64,000 nucleotides of DNA from Nostoc sp. (GCF_036919495.1 NZ_JBALBZ010000027.1:7779-71778), one strand, 5' to 3'. Shown: positions 1 to 10,867, numbered from the stretch's first letter. The notes: generated by a model not told the origin, from the sequence alone. Translations and numbers: made by a program.

Positions 1-342
1 TTAGTCAATGCAGATCCCACGCAACTATGGCGAGTTTTTTCTAACTTAATTGTCAATGCTCTAAAACATAATGCCCCTGGTTTGCTCTTGACAATTAATG
101 CTACCTGTGAGGGTGAGATGATTTATTGTACTGTTAGTGATAACGGTGTGGGCATTAGTCAACAACAAAGCGAACGGCTTTTTGACCTTTATTTTCGGGG
201 TGCAAGTATCCGCAATTCTGTAAGTTTGGGATTGGGGTTGTATCTGTGTAAGCAAATCATCCATGCTCACGGTGGCGAAATTGGTATTAATAGTGCATTG
301 AATGCAGGGGCAACCTTTTGGTTTACATTACCTATTAGCTGA
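1..342 (+). CDS. sensor histidine kinase, C-terminal HATPase part (5' end lies outside the window)
   Basis: Frame 1 is open from base 1 (LVNADPTQLWRVFSNLIVNALKH...). N-box NLIVNALKH, G1 DNGVGI, G2 GLGLGLYL. Stop at 340-342. Confidence 0.85.
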   Translation, partial: LVNADPTQLWRVFSNLIVNALKHNAPGLLLTINATCEGEMIYCTVSDNGVGISQQQSERLFDLYFRGASIRNSVSLGLGLYLCKQIIHAHGGEIGINSALNAGATFWFTLPIS

Positions 343-569
343 CCTCCGGTTATTTATCCGCCAGCGATGCACTGAGCATAGCCGAAGTGTCGTACAAAAT
401 ACTCAACTGAATTCTGACTTCTGACTCCTGAATTCTTTAGTCTGCCGTAAATCTTAGTATTAGTGACTAAAGTAACTATTTAAAGGTGACTTTAGATACA
501 GGCTTGTGCCTGGTTATTCCAATTATATTGAGAATATACAAATCAATGCAACGGAGATTAAAGGATATA

Positions 570-868
570 TGAACCGCTTTAAATCTATTCTTCTTGGAGG
601 CTTATTAGCAGCTGCTTCAATTGCCGCTCTTTCTCAAAATGCTAATGCTGCTGAATTTAAATCTGAGCATGAGCATTTTAATCGTAGTAATAGTGTAGCT
701 TTTAATAACAATAGAGTCCAACACGAACGTCAAGTCCGTGAACAACGCGCTCGTGAATTGCGTGAACGTCAAGCCCGTGAACGACGCGCTCGTGAATTGC
801 GTGAACGTCAAGCTCGTGAACGACACGTTCGTGAATTGCGTGAACGTCAAGCCCGTTTTAATCACTAA
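570..868 (+). CDS. small secreted Arg/Glu-rich repeat protein
   Basis: ATG at 570 gives a signal-peptide-like N-terminus (MNRFKSILLGGLLAAASIAALSQNANA), then 13-aa RELRERQARERxx repeats. An intrinsic terminator follows. Confidence 0.5.
725..857 (+). repeat. 39-nt tandem repeat (about 3.4 copies) inside the small ORF
   Basis: cgtgaattgcgtgaacgtcaagcccgtgaacgacgcgct occurs at 752-790 and again at 791-829, with partial copies on both sides. The repeat also keeps the antisense frame open (ORF 617..865). Confidence 0.9.
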
Positions 869-895
869 GCTGAAAATTTTCCCTCAGATTACGTT

Positions 896-924
896 AGGAG
901 AGTAGCAATACTCTCCTTTTTTTG
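896..924 (+). terminator. intrinsic terminator
   Basis: Stem aggagagta / tactctcct, loop gcaa, followed by a T6 run. Confidence 0.7.
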
Positions 925-1160
925 TTTGTATAAATCTATTCAAATTAATGCCAAAATAATATTATTAGGACTAGCCCTTTCAAGGTGACTCGTAAAATAA
1001 GATTGTTTTTTCTCAGCGCTCTCTGTGCCTCTGCGGTTTAAAAGTAGTTTATTGAACCACAGAGACACAGATAACACAGAGATATAAAAGCACATAAATA
1101 AATGCGATCGCCTTTTCCCAGTGACGTGTTTAGCTACCAGAAATCTCTATTAAAAGATTC

Positions 1161-2753
1161 TCAAAACTTTCTGGCATCTTCGATTTCCGTTCCCGGTAAT
1201 GCAACTGTATTTTCAGACCTAGCTCCCTGGAGCCTCCTGGGATCAAGTCCCAGTGCCTCCAATACTGTAACTGCAATCTGTTTGCTAGAAACTTTCTTGA
1301 TCTGAAAAGTCCCCTTAACACGATCTTCTAGTCCACGACTACTGAGGATCAAAGAAATATGGGTATCGTCATCAGAAAAACCGCCGTGTTCTGCCCTTTT
1401 GGTACTGTCTGAAATCACATATCCTGGTTTGAGTTTGATAATGACATCAGGGGTACGATCTTCCTGCAACGGATTGCCAAAACCTGCTGCTAATAGTGCG
1501 CCACCCGAATAAAGTGTATCAATTGCTGGATTTGCCAGTTTCTTTAAAACACTTGTTGCAGTGCTAGCTTGGCTTTGATTTTTAAGCCAGAGTAAAACAA
1601 CATCATCCTGAGTAGCTTGATTAACTGTAATACCAGCTTTCATTAGGGCATCTGTAAAAGTATTTTCGGGAATGAGGGTAGCTGTTCCCAAACGAGGATT
1701 TTGGCCATGTTTCGCTGTCAAAACTATCAGTGTCGAGTCAAATTTCCCTTCTTTTTTTAAGGTATTTACTATCTTGCCAATACTGCTATCTGTATGTTCC
1801 AGAGCATTAATTAAACCTGACGAAGGTGTGCCATTGCTGGCAATACCACCATTACTGCTGGCATCTTTCTGGGCTACGCTAAGAGCTTGGAAATTCATGC
1901 CAAAAATCGCGGGAATTCCGGGTTTAGCTGTACCTTGTGAATTTTTTCCAGCAATTTCGTTCAGTATCGCATTTACCTTAAGATCATCGTAAGCTTCCGT
2001 GAGGTTAGTGTCTTTAGTTGTCGTTTTAAATGTGAGATTACTAGGATTCTGAGCAGTTGATTGGTCTACAAGTTTACCATTTTCTAAGGCAACTTTGGCA
2101 TTTATCTCTGGAGCGTATAAGTCGTCAACTCCTTTACCAGAAGGGCCATTGGCAATGTCATAAGCAGGATGCTTATCAATAAATGCAGTGTGCAAACCTG
2201 AAGCTTTAGCTATCTCAAAAATGGTATTTACTTTTAAATAATTGTGAGGATAAACACGATTTCCATTACTGTCTACTGGTAATTTACCTGGATCAATACT
2301 ATTTATCCCGAAGTCACCGCCACCGCTAAGGAGATTCGAATTTTTATCAATGTTTTCCGCAAATTCAACTTCTATACCAGCAGGAGAACCTGGTTTTTCT
2401 GATAATACTCGACTATATGTATCGTCATAATAAACCCCAGTGGTTTTGGGACTTGCTCCTGTTAAGTAGTTTAATACACCAGGAAAGGAATCGGAGGGAG
2501 TGCTAGTAAAAGCGTTAGTGTAACTGATACCCGTTTCTTTCAAACAATTGATGTTCGGCAAATACTGTTGTAGTTTAGGATCTGACAAATCTGCTTGACG
2601 CAAACCATCAATTGATAGTAAAAGTACACTCTTAAACTTCCCAGGACGCTTATAGAAGGGTTCATTATCCTTCCGGCTATCAGCTATTCTGACTATGGGC
2701 GAGGAATAGTCATATCTGATTACTGGAGGCTGTAAGTATTGAATTGGTATCAT
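1161..2753 (-). CDS. alkaline phosphatase superfamily protein (nucleotide pyrophosphatase/phosphodiesterase-like)
   Basis: 530-aa ORF. Metal-site-like LLLSIDGLR, TSTPSDSFPG nucleophile region, C-terminal AEHGGFSDDD. Confidence 0.7.
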   Translation of the reverse strand: MIPIQYLQPPVIRYDYSSPIVRIADSRKDNEPFYKRPGKFKSVLLLSIDGLRQADLSDPKLQQYLPNINCLKETGISYTNAFTSTPSDSFPGVLNYLTGASPKTTGVYYDDTYSRVLSEKPGSPAGIEVEFAENIDKNSNLLSGGGDFGINSIDPGKLPVDSNGNRVYPHNYLKVNTIFEIAKASGLHTAFIDKHPAYDIANGPSGKGVDDLYAPEINAKVALENGKLVDQSTAQNPSNLTFKTTTKDTNLTEAYDDLKVNAILNEIAGKNSQGTAKPGIPAIFGMNFQALSVAQKDASSNGGIASNGTPSSGLINALEHTDSSIGKIVNTLKKEGKFDSTLIVLTAKHGQNPRLGTATLIPENTFTDALMKAGITVNQATQDDVVLLWLKNQSQASTATSVLKKLANPAIDTLYSGGALLAAGFGNPLQEDRTPDVIIKLKPGYVISDSTKRAEHGGFSDDDTHISLILSSRGLEDRVKGTFQIKKVSSKQIAVTVLEALGLDPRRLQGARSENTVALPGTEIEDARKF

Positions 2754-3056
2754 GATGTTTATATATACTGTGTAAATAGAGTTCTAGAAGTTATTTTTGA
2801 TAGTCACGCTTGGGCTTATGTCAATAAAGCTTCACAAAAGACTACTAAATTTTCAATAGAAACCCTAATATTTTCAACCTCAAGATACGAATAAAAGATT
2901 AAGAGAAGGTTATATCGAATAGTGACAAAAGGTTATGACATGAAACCAGTTAACTGGCAAGGAGACATGATTTAAGAGAGCTAAGGGTATTAGAATAATT
3001 CGTAATTAGTTAAATTAGAACCATAATAAAAAGCGGAAGTTCAGGTAAAACTCTGT

Positions 3057-3503
3057 ATGCTGACATTTACTCAACTTAAACCACCTAATTACGATGCCGC
3101 AGTTACTTTTACTCTGGCGCTGACAGCAGAAGAACGTACCCGCAGCCGTCATCGTTTTGAAACCGAAGATGGTAAAGTTGTGTTTTTACGTTTACCCAGA
3201 GGAACTGTCTTATCCGATGGCGATATTCTCCAAGAAGAAACCTATAGCAGTTTAATCAGAATTACAGCCAAACCAGAACTAGTACTGACTGCTTTTGCCC
3301 AAACACCACTTTTATTATTACGGGCGGCATACCATTTGGGAAATCGTCATGTACCTGTAGAAATTACCCCAACTTATTTACGCTTGTCTTCAGATTCGGT
3401 TTTACGCACGATGTTAGAACAACTGGGCTTAGAAGTTAAAGAGGAAATTTTACCGTTTCAGCCAGAATTAGGAGCTTATGGACAACATCATCATGCTCAC
3501 TGA
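3057..3503 (+). CDS. ureE: urease accessory protein UreE
   Basis: 148 aa with a His-rich C-terminus (GQHHHAH). Directly followed by ureF and ureG. Confidence 0.85.
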   Translation: MLTFTQLKPPNYDAAVTFTLALTAEERTRSRHRFETEDGKVVFLRLPRGTVLSDGDILQEETYSSLIRITAKPELVLTAFAQTPLLLLRAAYHLGNRHVPVEITPTYLRLSSDSVLRTMLEQLGLEVKEEILPFQPELGAYGQHHHAH

Positions 3504-4170
3504 TAGCCATCTTTTGAGTATTTTACAGTTAGCTAGCCCCGCTTTACCTGTGGGAGCATATAGTTATTCTGAAGGATTGGAAATGCTGGTAGAAAATGGT
3601 ACGATCGCTAACCACACACACCTCAAAGATTGGTTAAAAGCAGAGTTGCTCTACGGGGCAATTCGGTTAGAGGCGGCGGTGATGGTACGATCGCAGCAAT
3701 CTGCAAAAATGGGTGATGTAGAGTCGCTATGCCGTTGGAATCGGTGGTTATCGGCTGCTAGGGAAACAGAAGAGTTACGCGCCTCTAGTTGGCAAATGGG
3801 GCGATCGCTGATCCAATTACTTGGTAAACTAGAACCGCAGATTATACCTATTGCCAATGCTGTCGGTAATCCTTGCAATTATGCGATCGCTTTTGGTATT
3901 GCAGTTGCTCATTGGCAAATTAGTATCCAAGCCGCATTACTCGCATATCTGCATAGTTGGGCAAGTAATTTGATTACTGCGGGTGTGAAACTTATCCCGC
4001 TTGGACAAACAGCAGGACAGCAATTATTACTAGATTTGCAACTATTATTTAGCGTTGCGGCGTTAGAAATTCTCGCATTGCAGGATGATGAACTCGCCTG
4101 TTGTAGTTGGGGTTTATCGCTGGCGAGTATGCAGCATGAAACGCAGTATACAAGGTTGTTTAGGAGTTAG
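3478..4170 (+). CDS. ureF: urease accessory protein UreF
   Basis: [20 protein letters not shown] motif typical of UreF. Overlaps the ureE 3' end; an alternative ATG lies at 3493. Confidence 0.85.
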   Translation: MDNIIMLTDSHLLSILQLASPALPVGAYSYSEGLEMLVENGTIANHTHLKDWLKAELLYGAIRLEAAVMVRSQQSAKMGDVESLCRWNRWLSAARETEELRASSWQMGRSLIQLLGKLEPQIIPIANAVGNPCNYAIAFGIAVAHWQISIQAALLAYLHSWASNLITAGVKLIPLGQTAGQQLLLDLQLLFSVAALEILALQDDELACCSWGLSLASMQHETQYTRLFRS

Positions 4171-4177
4171 TCAAAAT

Positions 4178-4204
4178 AATTCGTAATTTGTAATTCGTAA
4201 TTAT
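4178..4204. repeat. heptamer tandem repeat (STRR-like)
   Basis: aattcgt aatttgt aattcgt aatta, between ureF and ureG. Confidence 0.8.
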
Positions 4205-4223
4205 TACAAAGGACAAATGACAA

Positions 4224-4826
4224 ATGAAAATGAATGCATTTCGAGTGGGAGTTGCTGGCCCGGTGGGTTCGGGGAAGACGGCTTTGGTGGATGCTTTGTG
4301 TAAGGGATTGCGTGAGCAGTATCAGATTGCAGTGGTGACGAATGATATTTATACTCAGGAGGATGCTCAGTTTTTAGTGCGTTCTCAGGCGTTGCCAAGC
4401 GATCGCATTTTGGGTGTAGAGACTGGTGGTTGTCCCCATACTGCCATCCGCGAAGATGCTTCGATGAATTTGGCGGCAATTGAACAGTTAGAAGAACGTT
4501 TTATCGATTTGGATTTGGTATTTTTGGAAAGTGGCGGCGATAATTTAGCTGCTACCTTTAGTCCAGAATTGGTAGATTTAACGATTTACGTTATCGATGT
4601 TGCGGCTGGTGATAAAATTCCCCGCAAGGGTGGCCCCGGTATTACTAAATCTGATTTGTTGGTGATTAACAAAACTGACCTAGCACCCTATGTTGGTGCA
4701 GATTTAAATGTGATGGAACGAGATGCTAAAAAAATGCGCGGCAATAAACCTTTTATTTTTACTAATTTAAAAACTCAGTCTGGACTTGCAGATGTAATTA
4801 ACTTTGTTTGCACAAATATTTGTTGA
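4224..4826 (+). CDS. ureG: urease accessory GTPase UreG
   Basis: P-loop [15 protein letters not shown] and NKTDL motifs. 200 aa. Confidence 0.95.
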   Translation: MKMNAFRVGVAGPVGSGKTALVDALCKGLREQYQIAVVTNDIYTQEDAQFLVRSQALPSDRILGVETGGCPHTAIREDASMNLAAIEQLEERFIDLDLVFLESGGDNLAATFSPELVDLTIYVIDVAAGDKIPRKGGPGITKSDLLVINKTDLAPYVGADLNVMERDAKKMRGNKPFIFTNLKTQSGLADVINFVCTNIC

Positions 4827-4927
4827 AAAAGAAGTCAGACTTCAGAATAAAGACAACTAAATCTGCATATTTAGTATGGGTGTAAAAATGCCGTTTAGGA
4901 ACTTCCAAATAAAAAATACTCATACTT

Positions 4928-4989
4928 CTTGTGGGGTGGGCGTCTCGCCCGCCCGTAGTCAAAGGCGGACAAGATGTCCACCCCACAAG
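4928..4989. repeat. 62-bp palindromic element (GTGGGGTGG...CCACCCCAC)
   Basis: Outer arms cttgtggggtgg / ccaccccacaag. Inner arms differ only by transitions. Half of the motif recurs inside the MITE at 16233-16330. Confidence 0.75.
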
Positions 4990-5142
4990 ATTGGATAATT
5001 TATTTGTTGGAAGTCGCTGATTTAGACGTGACGCTTGAATACTCGCTAACCCTGCGCTATCCGCAACTTGTACAGAATTCATGCTGTTAGCGGTAGCGGG
5101 GCGTTTAGCCCCATTCTGACTGCTGACTCCTGAATTCTGTTT

Positions 5143-7026
5143 CTATAAAGCCTTCAGATGCCGACTTCGCACCCGTTCAGCACTACCAGTAGGAATCGCA
5201 GCAATTAATTTTTGCGTGTATTCTTCTTTGGGTTCTTGGTAAATGCTTTCGGCTGTGCCTTCTTCAACAATTTGACCGCGATTCATAACTAAAATGCGAT
5301 CGCTCATAAATTTCACTACACTTAAATCGTGAGAAATAAAAATATAAGTAAGCTGAAAGTCTGACTGTAATTCTTTGAGAAGATTTAATACTTGCGCTTG
5401 TACTGAAACATCCAGCGCTGAAACTGATTCATCGCAGATGATAAACTTAGGGTTTAACGCCAAAGAACGGGCTATACAAATTCGTTGGCGTTGACCACCA
5501 GAAAACTGATGAGGATAGCGGTTAATCGCATCTGCACTCAACCCCACCCGTTCTAAAAGTTCGACTACGCGCTGCCCTCGTTGTTGCTTTGTCTTACCCA
5601 CAGCGTGAATTAACAACGGTTCCATCACCGCATCCCCAACCTTCATCCGGGGATCGAGGGAACTAAAAGGATTTTGGAAGACTATTTGCATTTCCCGCCG
5701 CAGTTTTTGCAACGGTTCACCTTTGAGGCTAGTAATATCTTGTTTCTCAAAGATAATCTGACCACCCATCGGTTCAATTAATCGCAACAAGGTTCTGCCA
5801 AGGGTGGTTTTACCGCAACCAGATTCTCCCACTAAACCTAGTGTTTCTCCTGGTTTGACATCAAAAGAAACGCCATTAACTGCCATATTGTAGCGTTTTG
5901 TCCCACCAAACACCCCGCGCACTGGAAAACCAACTTTCAGGTTACGGATTTGCAGCAGAGGTTCCTTTTGATTAAAGTTTGCCAATCTTGCAGCAATTTC
6001 TTCGGTGGTGACTTCTGTGGGTTGTGCTGGTTCTTTCGGCTGAATTACTACTTGTCCCGTTGCTGTCTCTTCTGCACTCATGTAGTCAGAAACGGTGAGT
6101 AATTTTTGGGGACGACGGTTGAGTGTGGGCCGACAAGCTATCAAACCTTTAGTATATGGATGCTGAGGACTGCTGAAAATTTGCCGAGAAGTACCAGATT
6201 CAACAACTTTACCTTTATACATCACCGCTACTTCGTCAGCAATTTCTGAAATTAGCCCCAAGTCGTGGGTGATGAAAATCATTGCCATGTCACGGCTTTG
6301 CTGCAATTCTCGCAACAAGTCCAAAATAGTCGCTTGCACCGTCACATCTAAAGCTGTGGTTGGCTCATCGGCAATTAAGATTAATGGGTTGCAAGAAATT
6401 GCCATTGCAATCATTACCCGTTGCAACTGACCGCCAGAAAGTTCATGAGGGTAGCGTTCCAGCATGGCTTCTTTGTGTTCTTTAACCAACTGTGCCAACT
6501 TTGATGGTTCTGGTTTCGATGACTTGCTGGTTTGATGCCAAGTTTCGATATACTGCTGCTGGATCTCCTCATCACTAGGTAGAAGTTTAACCTCTTGTAG
6601 ACCTGCGATCGCAATTTGTCGTGCTTGGGCTGCTGACACATTTTGATGCCGCATAATCGCTTCTGTTAGCTGAAAACCGATGTTATAAACTGGATTAAGC
6701 GAACTCATCGGTTCTTGAAAAATCATGGCGATGTCGCCACCCCGATGTAACTGCATTTGCTCAGGAGGCAATGTTACCAAATCGATGGCGTTGGCATTCT
6801 CCTGCGGACGAAACCAGATTTCACCGCCAGTAACTATACCGGGACTTTGCAACAAACCCATTACAGCTAGGGCTGTCACTGATTTACCACTCCCCGATTC
6901 TCCTACTATTCCTAGAGTTTCACCTCGATGCAGCCCAAAGGAAATACCATCCAAAGCTCTGACAGTGTTGCCATCACCGGGAAATTCAACTTGGAGATTG
7001 CGAACCTCTAGGACAGTTTCTCTCAT
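5143..7026 (-). CDS. ABC transporter ATP-binding protein, duplicated ATPase (oligopeptide/dipeptide type)
   Basis: Two Walker A motifs ([16 protein letters not shown]) and two signatures ([16 protein letters not shown]). 627 aa. Confidence 0.9.
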   Translation of the reverse strand: MRETVLEVRNLQVEFPGDGNTVRALDGISFGLHRGETLGIVGESGSGKSVTALAVMGLLQSPGIVTGGEIWFRPQENANAIDLVTLPPEQMQLHRGGDIAMIFQEPMSSLNPVYNIGFQLTEAIMRHQNVSAAQARQIAIAGLQEVKLLPSDEEIQQQYIETWHQTSKSSKPEPSKLAQLVKEHKEAMLERYPHELSGGQLQRVMIAMAISCNPLILIADEPTTALDVTVQATILDLLRELQQSRDMAMIFITHDLGLISEIADEVAVMYKGKVVESGTSRQIFSSPQHPYTKGLIACRPTLNRRPQKLLTVSDYMSAEETATGQVVIQPKEPAQPTEVTTEEIAARLANFNQKEPLLQIRNLKVGFPVRGVFGGTKRYNMAVNGVSFDVKPGETLGLVGESGCGKTTLGRTLLRLIEPMGGQIIFEKQDITSLKGEPLQKLRREMQIVFQNPFSSLDPRMKVGDAVMEPLLIHAVGKTKQQRGQRVVELLERVGLSADAINRYPHQFSGGQRQRICIARSLALNPKFIICDESVSALDVSVQAQVLNLLKELQSDFQLTYIFISHDLSVVKFMSDRILVMNRGQIVEEGTAESIYQEPKEEYTQKLIAAIPTGSAERVRSRHLKAL

Positions 7027-7105
7027 AGGAGTTGGGTGGAAATATTAACTTAAAATTATTTGATTTTAACAATAGTTTTGATGTATATGTGGATAAATTT
7101 GGTTT

Positions 7106-7533
7106 TTACCTTTGGATTGGATCGTCCATTGATGGATGCCGACCGATTTCTTTATCAGCTGCACGAATATTAATAATCCGTTCCCGATTCAAGATTAATA
7201 CAGTGACGGTCACTCGTCCAATAGGTGTCAAACCAACAATTAGCAGTCCATCCGCAGACCAGATAAAATGCTCACTCCAAATGTGCGATCGCGGATTAAA
7301 CAGTAAAACTTCTTCTCCAGATTGAGGGTCAGTTGCTGTAAGCCGATTTGTCTTCCTGCGATTGCAGTGAAAGCAAGCCAACGCCAGATTTTCCAAATTA
7401 TCTGTTCCACCTAATGATCTACTGTGAATTGCACATATTGCCATTGTTCAGATGCATGACAGTACTCACACAAGTAGTTGGCGCGTTGACGTAATTGCTT
7501 TTGTATAGATTCAGTAGATAAAAAAAATAGCAC
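7106..7533 (-). pseudogene. HNH endonuclease, frameshifted
   Basis: N-terminal piece (GTG 7533 ... RQRANYLCEYCHASEQWQYVQFTVDH, stop 7413-7411) and C-terminal piece (SLGGTDNLENLALACFHCNRRK..., ORF 7106..7444) lie in different frames. The residues expected between DH and SLGG are missing. Confidence 0.75.
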
Positions 7534-7624
7534 ATCTTCAAAGATGGCTATTTCTAAAATTATTTAATCCTAATGCTTTTTGCCAAGTATGTAAGTAAAT
7601 TGAATACACGCTCAACTACCAACT

Positions 7625-8197
7625 TTAGAACGGAATATCATCTGGATCTGGTTCTTCCGCTTTCACTGCTGGATAAGTGGTTCGCTCATAATTTGTGGGT
7701 TGGGGTACAGGTTCGTAACTTGGTGTTTGGGGAGCAACGCCAACAGGATTTGTCGCCGGGGTAGGCGCTGGACGTGGTGAATCGTAACTGGGAACCTCTT
7801 TCTGTGCAGGACGAGATGCTGATGGTTGTCGGGGGGCAGTTTCAGTGAATGATGGAGTTACGGTTGCTGAAGGCAATGGATCGGTATTAAAACTACCTCC
7901 AACAGGTTGAATTTGTTGCACTGTCAATTCAGCGCGTTTTTCTTTAAAACCTTCTTGACGCTCAACAGTATTCATGTTTAAACGTCCTACCAGGATGACG
8001 CGATCGCCTTGGTGGTAGTTTTGCTGAATTTCTGTCGCTAAATTCCCCCAGCCGACAACTTTCAGTGTGGCTGGCGGATCTTCTTGTTTCTGGGAATTGG
8101 GAAACTGCACCAGCATTTCCGTGACTCCCAGATTATCTGCTGTATAACGCAGTTGCGGTTCGTTAATAATTTCCGCCATCAAAACGCAGCTGTTCAT
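7625..8197 (-). CDS. ssb: single-stranded DNA-binding protein
   Basis: OB-fold N-terminus, Pro/Gln-rich linker, acidic tail ending DDIPF. Start taken at MNSCVLMAEI (8197); the ORF is open to 8233. Confidence 0.85.
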   Translation of the reverse strand: MNSCVLMAEIINEPQLRYTADNLGVTEMLVQFPNSQKQEDPPATLKVVGWGNLATEIQQNYHQGDRVILVGRLNMNTVERQEGFKEKRAELTVQQIQPVGGSFNTDPLPSATVTPSFTETAPRQPSASRPAQKEVPSYDSPRPAPTPATNPVGVAPQTPSYEPVPQPTNYERTTYPAVKAEEPDPDDIPF

Positions 8198-8577
8198 TAA
8201 AATTACTCCTGACTGCAAAAAGTACTGATTCAAAAAGACAAGGTTTTTCTATTTAGTGCCAATTAATATCTAGATAGGTTTAATCTTTTGCATTTTTTAA
8301 TAATGTTTGAACAAATTTTCTAACATAATTCAGAAGTCAGGAAAACAGTTGATGAATGAATATACCAATCATACTAAACTCTTTATCAATTCTGACTTCT
8401 TACTCCTGGGTGCTGAATTCTTTTTAGTCCTTTCTAGCATAAAAGCCAAGCGATCGCTTTGAACAGCATAGAGTATGCTGCTTTCCACCCTCGCCTGACT
8501 AAATGAGCATTGAATTCTGTCTGGAGTAGTATAATTGTACCACTTATTGATTAAATAGAAAAAATTATTGGCAAAAA

Positions 8578-9834
8578 TTAAGTCTTGACGTGAACTGGAA
8601 AAACACCCAAGGCAATCAACCTACCTGGAAGGTCACGCAAGATGGGTAAGCGCAAAAACGCAGGTGGTACAAAGGTGCGATTTGAGATGAGAACTGGGGC
8701 AAATACCCGCTTTTGGATAAAAGTTTGAAACGCCTGAATGATCCGTGTGGGCAACTCGCGTTGACGCTGTACTTTTGCTAGCTCGCTAAGTTGTACTTGT
8801 CCGTTCTTGAGCGGTTTGCTGAGTACATTCGCCGCGACTACAGCATCTTGAATCGCGTAGTTAATGCCAACTCCACCAACGGGGGACATTATATGGGCAG
8901 CATCACCAATGAGTAACAAACCTGGACGATACCAGCGTTTGACGCGGCTGGACTCCACTGAAAGAAAAGCTATTTGTGACCAATCATGTAAATTTTGGAT
9001 GCGTTGCTGGAATTCTGGCACTACTTCCACAACAGATTTTTTTAATTCCTCCAAACCCGCAGCCCGCAGTTGATGATAGCCTCCTTTAGAAATAACATAG
9101 GCAACTTGCCACTCATCACCACGGTCAAGCATGGCAATGATTTTACCTTGACCAAAGCGCCCCATCCCCCCTTCAGCGTCTTCTGGCTGACGCGGTAGGC
9201 GGAACCAGAGTACATCCATTGGTGGCGAGGTTTCGATTGACTCAAACTCACCCAGGTGACGTAAACGTGAGTGGCGACCGTCTGCGCCAACTGTCACTAT
9301 TGCCCGGATTTCATGCCAACCACCGCCTCCCCGATAGCGGACACCTTGAATTACGCCATTTTCCGTAATTAATTCCTGTACATTCGCACCCATTACCAGA
9401 TGGAAATTAGGATATTTTTGTGCTTCTTGGGTGATGAACTCCAGGAATTTTACCTGGGGAAGCATCGTAATATAGGGGTAATGGGTTTTCAGATGACTAA
9501 AATCTGCCAATGTGACAGTATCTTGAGGAGTTTTAAACCTAATTTGGCGCATTTTGGTATGGGGGAGTTTTAGCAAGTGATCGCTAAGTCCCAATTCTTC
9601 CATAATTTCCATTACCGACGGATGAATCGTATCGCCGCGAAAGTCCCGATCGAAGTCTTTGTGTGCTTCCAGCAGCATCACAGAAATGCCTTGACGTGCT
9701 AACAACAGCGCCAATACTGCTCCTGCTGGGCCTCCACCCACAATGCAACAATCTGTAGTTTGTCCGTCTACAATGTCATGGACAGGGTTAATGCTTGGGT
9801 CTTGGGAAAGATTTTTAGGTACATCGGTAGTCAT
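8578..9834 (-). CDS. FAD-dependent monooxygenase/oxidoreductase
   Basis: GGGPAGA dinucleotide-binding motif and LLIGDAAHIMSPVGGVGINYAIQDA motif. Confidence 0.85.
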   Translation of the reverse strand: MTTDVPKNLSQDPSINPVHDIVDGQTTDCCIVGGGPAGAVLALLLARQGISVMLLEAHKDFDRDFRGDTIHPSVMEIMEELGLSDHLLKLPHTKMRQIRFKTPQDTVTLADFSHLKTHYPYITMLPQVKFLEFITQEAQKYPNFHLVMGANVQELITENGVIQGVRYRGGGGWHEIRAIVTVGADGRHSRLRHLGEFESIETSPPMDVLWFRLPRQPEDAEGGMGRFGQGKIIAMLDRGDEWQVAYVISKGGYHQLRAAGLEELKKSVVEVVPEFQQRIQNLHDWSQIAFLSVESSRVKRWYRPGLLLIGDAAHIMSPVGGVGINYAIQDAVVAANVLSKPLKNGQVQLSELAKVQRQRELPTRIIQAFQTFIQKRVFAPVLISNRTFVPPAFLRLPILRDLPGRLIALGVFPVHVKT

Positions 9835-10103
9835 AACAACACCTCCTGATAGCCCTAAAATTCAGCATAGTTTGCTTTTGATGTTGCAAGCTGTTTTTTT
9901 TACTTTTCGTATTTACATAGATGTTATTAACCCTTCATACCAAGTGAAGGTGGAACCGATCCTGGATATCTACGCCTAGACAAATCTTGTCCATTCCAAG
10001 GGTATAAGGCACAAACTTCTTCCCTGTTGTAAACCAATACCTCTTCAAGCTCCTCATAAGTCCATTTACTATAATGAACAATTTTTTCAAGGAGAAACTC
10101 GAT

Positions 10104-10532
10104 TTAACGTCCAGCAAAAGCATCTTCCAGTATGCGTTCTATACCCGTTTCAGCAAATGCTGCTAAAAAAATAATTGCTTTAAGATTACGTAGAACTATA
10201 GCTTCATAAGTAACAACTTTTATAAAATCCCGAAGACTAATGGTTTTTGCTACAGAAGAACCTCTGGCAGATTTACCTTCAAATTGCCTGATAACCCTAA
10301 GCTCAACTTGTGCGCCTGTAAAACCTGTATTCTGTAAACTTTTCAGCCATTTTGACTGTCTTTTTGTGCGGTTGTAAAACCAACGATCTGTATACCCAAG
10401 AGCAATACCTGTTCCTTCAATACCAAGACGCTTTTCATTACTAGGCAACATGTAAACGTCTAAGAAAGAATTGCCAAGAGGGATATCACAAGCAACCGCT
10501 TTAATAACATCAAACTCAGAAACATCACTCAT
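10104..10532 (-). CDS. hypothetical protein, possibly a truncated P63C-like (phage-related) protein
   Basis: 142-aa ORF. The C-terminal AAFAETGIERILEDAF loosely resembles the start of P63C domains and then stops. Weak call made by eye. Confidence 0.35.
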   Translation of the reverse strand: MSDVSEFDVIKAVACDIPLGNSFLDVYMLPSNEKRLGIEGTGIALGYTDRWFYNRTKRQSKWLKSLQNTGFTGAQVELRVIRQFEGKSARGSSVAKTISLRDFIKVVTYEAIVLRNLKAIIFLAAFAETGIERILEDAFAGR

Positions 10533-10725
10533 GGTAGAAACACCTGACTACGCATTTAAATAAGTATAAGACCAAGTAATATAAGAACAGCATATTAAAA
10601 ACTAAAAGTTTATATCCAAAGTACGGTTAACCGAACTAAAAATACGGTTATTACCTAATTAAGGAATGTATAATTAAGCTGATTTAAAGAATAAATACTA
10701 AAACACGTTTATTCATGTTGCCCGG

Positions 10726-10770
10726 AGGAACTGGAAGACCGCTTCGCTGCTTAATCGTCTTCCAGTTCTT
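10726..10770 (+). other. long perfect hairpin (12-14 bp stem, 17-nt loop) in the leader of the ABC ATPase gene
   Basis: gaactggaagac (10728-10739) pairs with gtcttccagttc (10757-10768). Flanked by the acacgtt / aacgtgt outer pairing and a second small hairpin. Confidence 0.6.
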
Positions 10771-10867
10771 AAATGAAAGGTTTTGAAACCTAAACTTTCA
10801 GTTACCCTGAACGTGTATTATGATGGGCGCTAAACTGTCATTTGTCATTTGTCCCTTTTTCAAGCTA

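Noticed and set aside
617-865. 82-aa minus-strand ORF
   Set aside because: It is the antisense shadow of the 39-nt tandem repeat. The plus-strand ORF has a signal peptide and a terminator; this one has neither.
1672-1992. Plus-strand 106-aa ORF (similar cases: 6725..7048, 8864..9073, 11010..11252, 14724..14927, 15098..15343, 37808..38047, 39768..39986, 43930..44208, 46156..46389, 54603..55010, 55056..55331, 61784..62122)
   Set aside because: All lie entirely inside, and antisense or out of frame to, long ORFs with clear family motifs. None has motifs of its own.
2990-3056. NtcA site (GTA-N8-TAC) upstream of ureE
   Set aside because: I looked for it because urease genes are often nitrogen-regulated, but no GTA-N8-TAC match is present in the 300 bp upstream.
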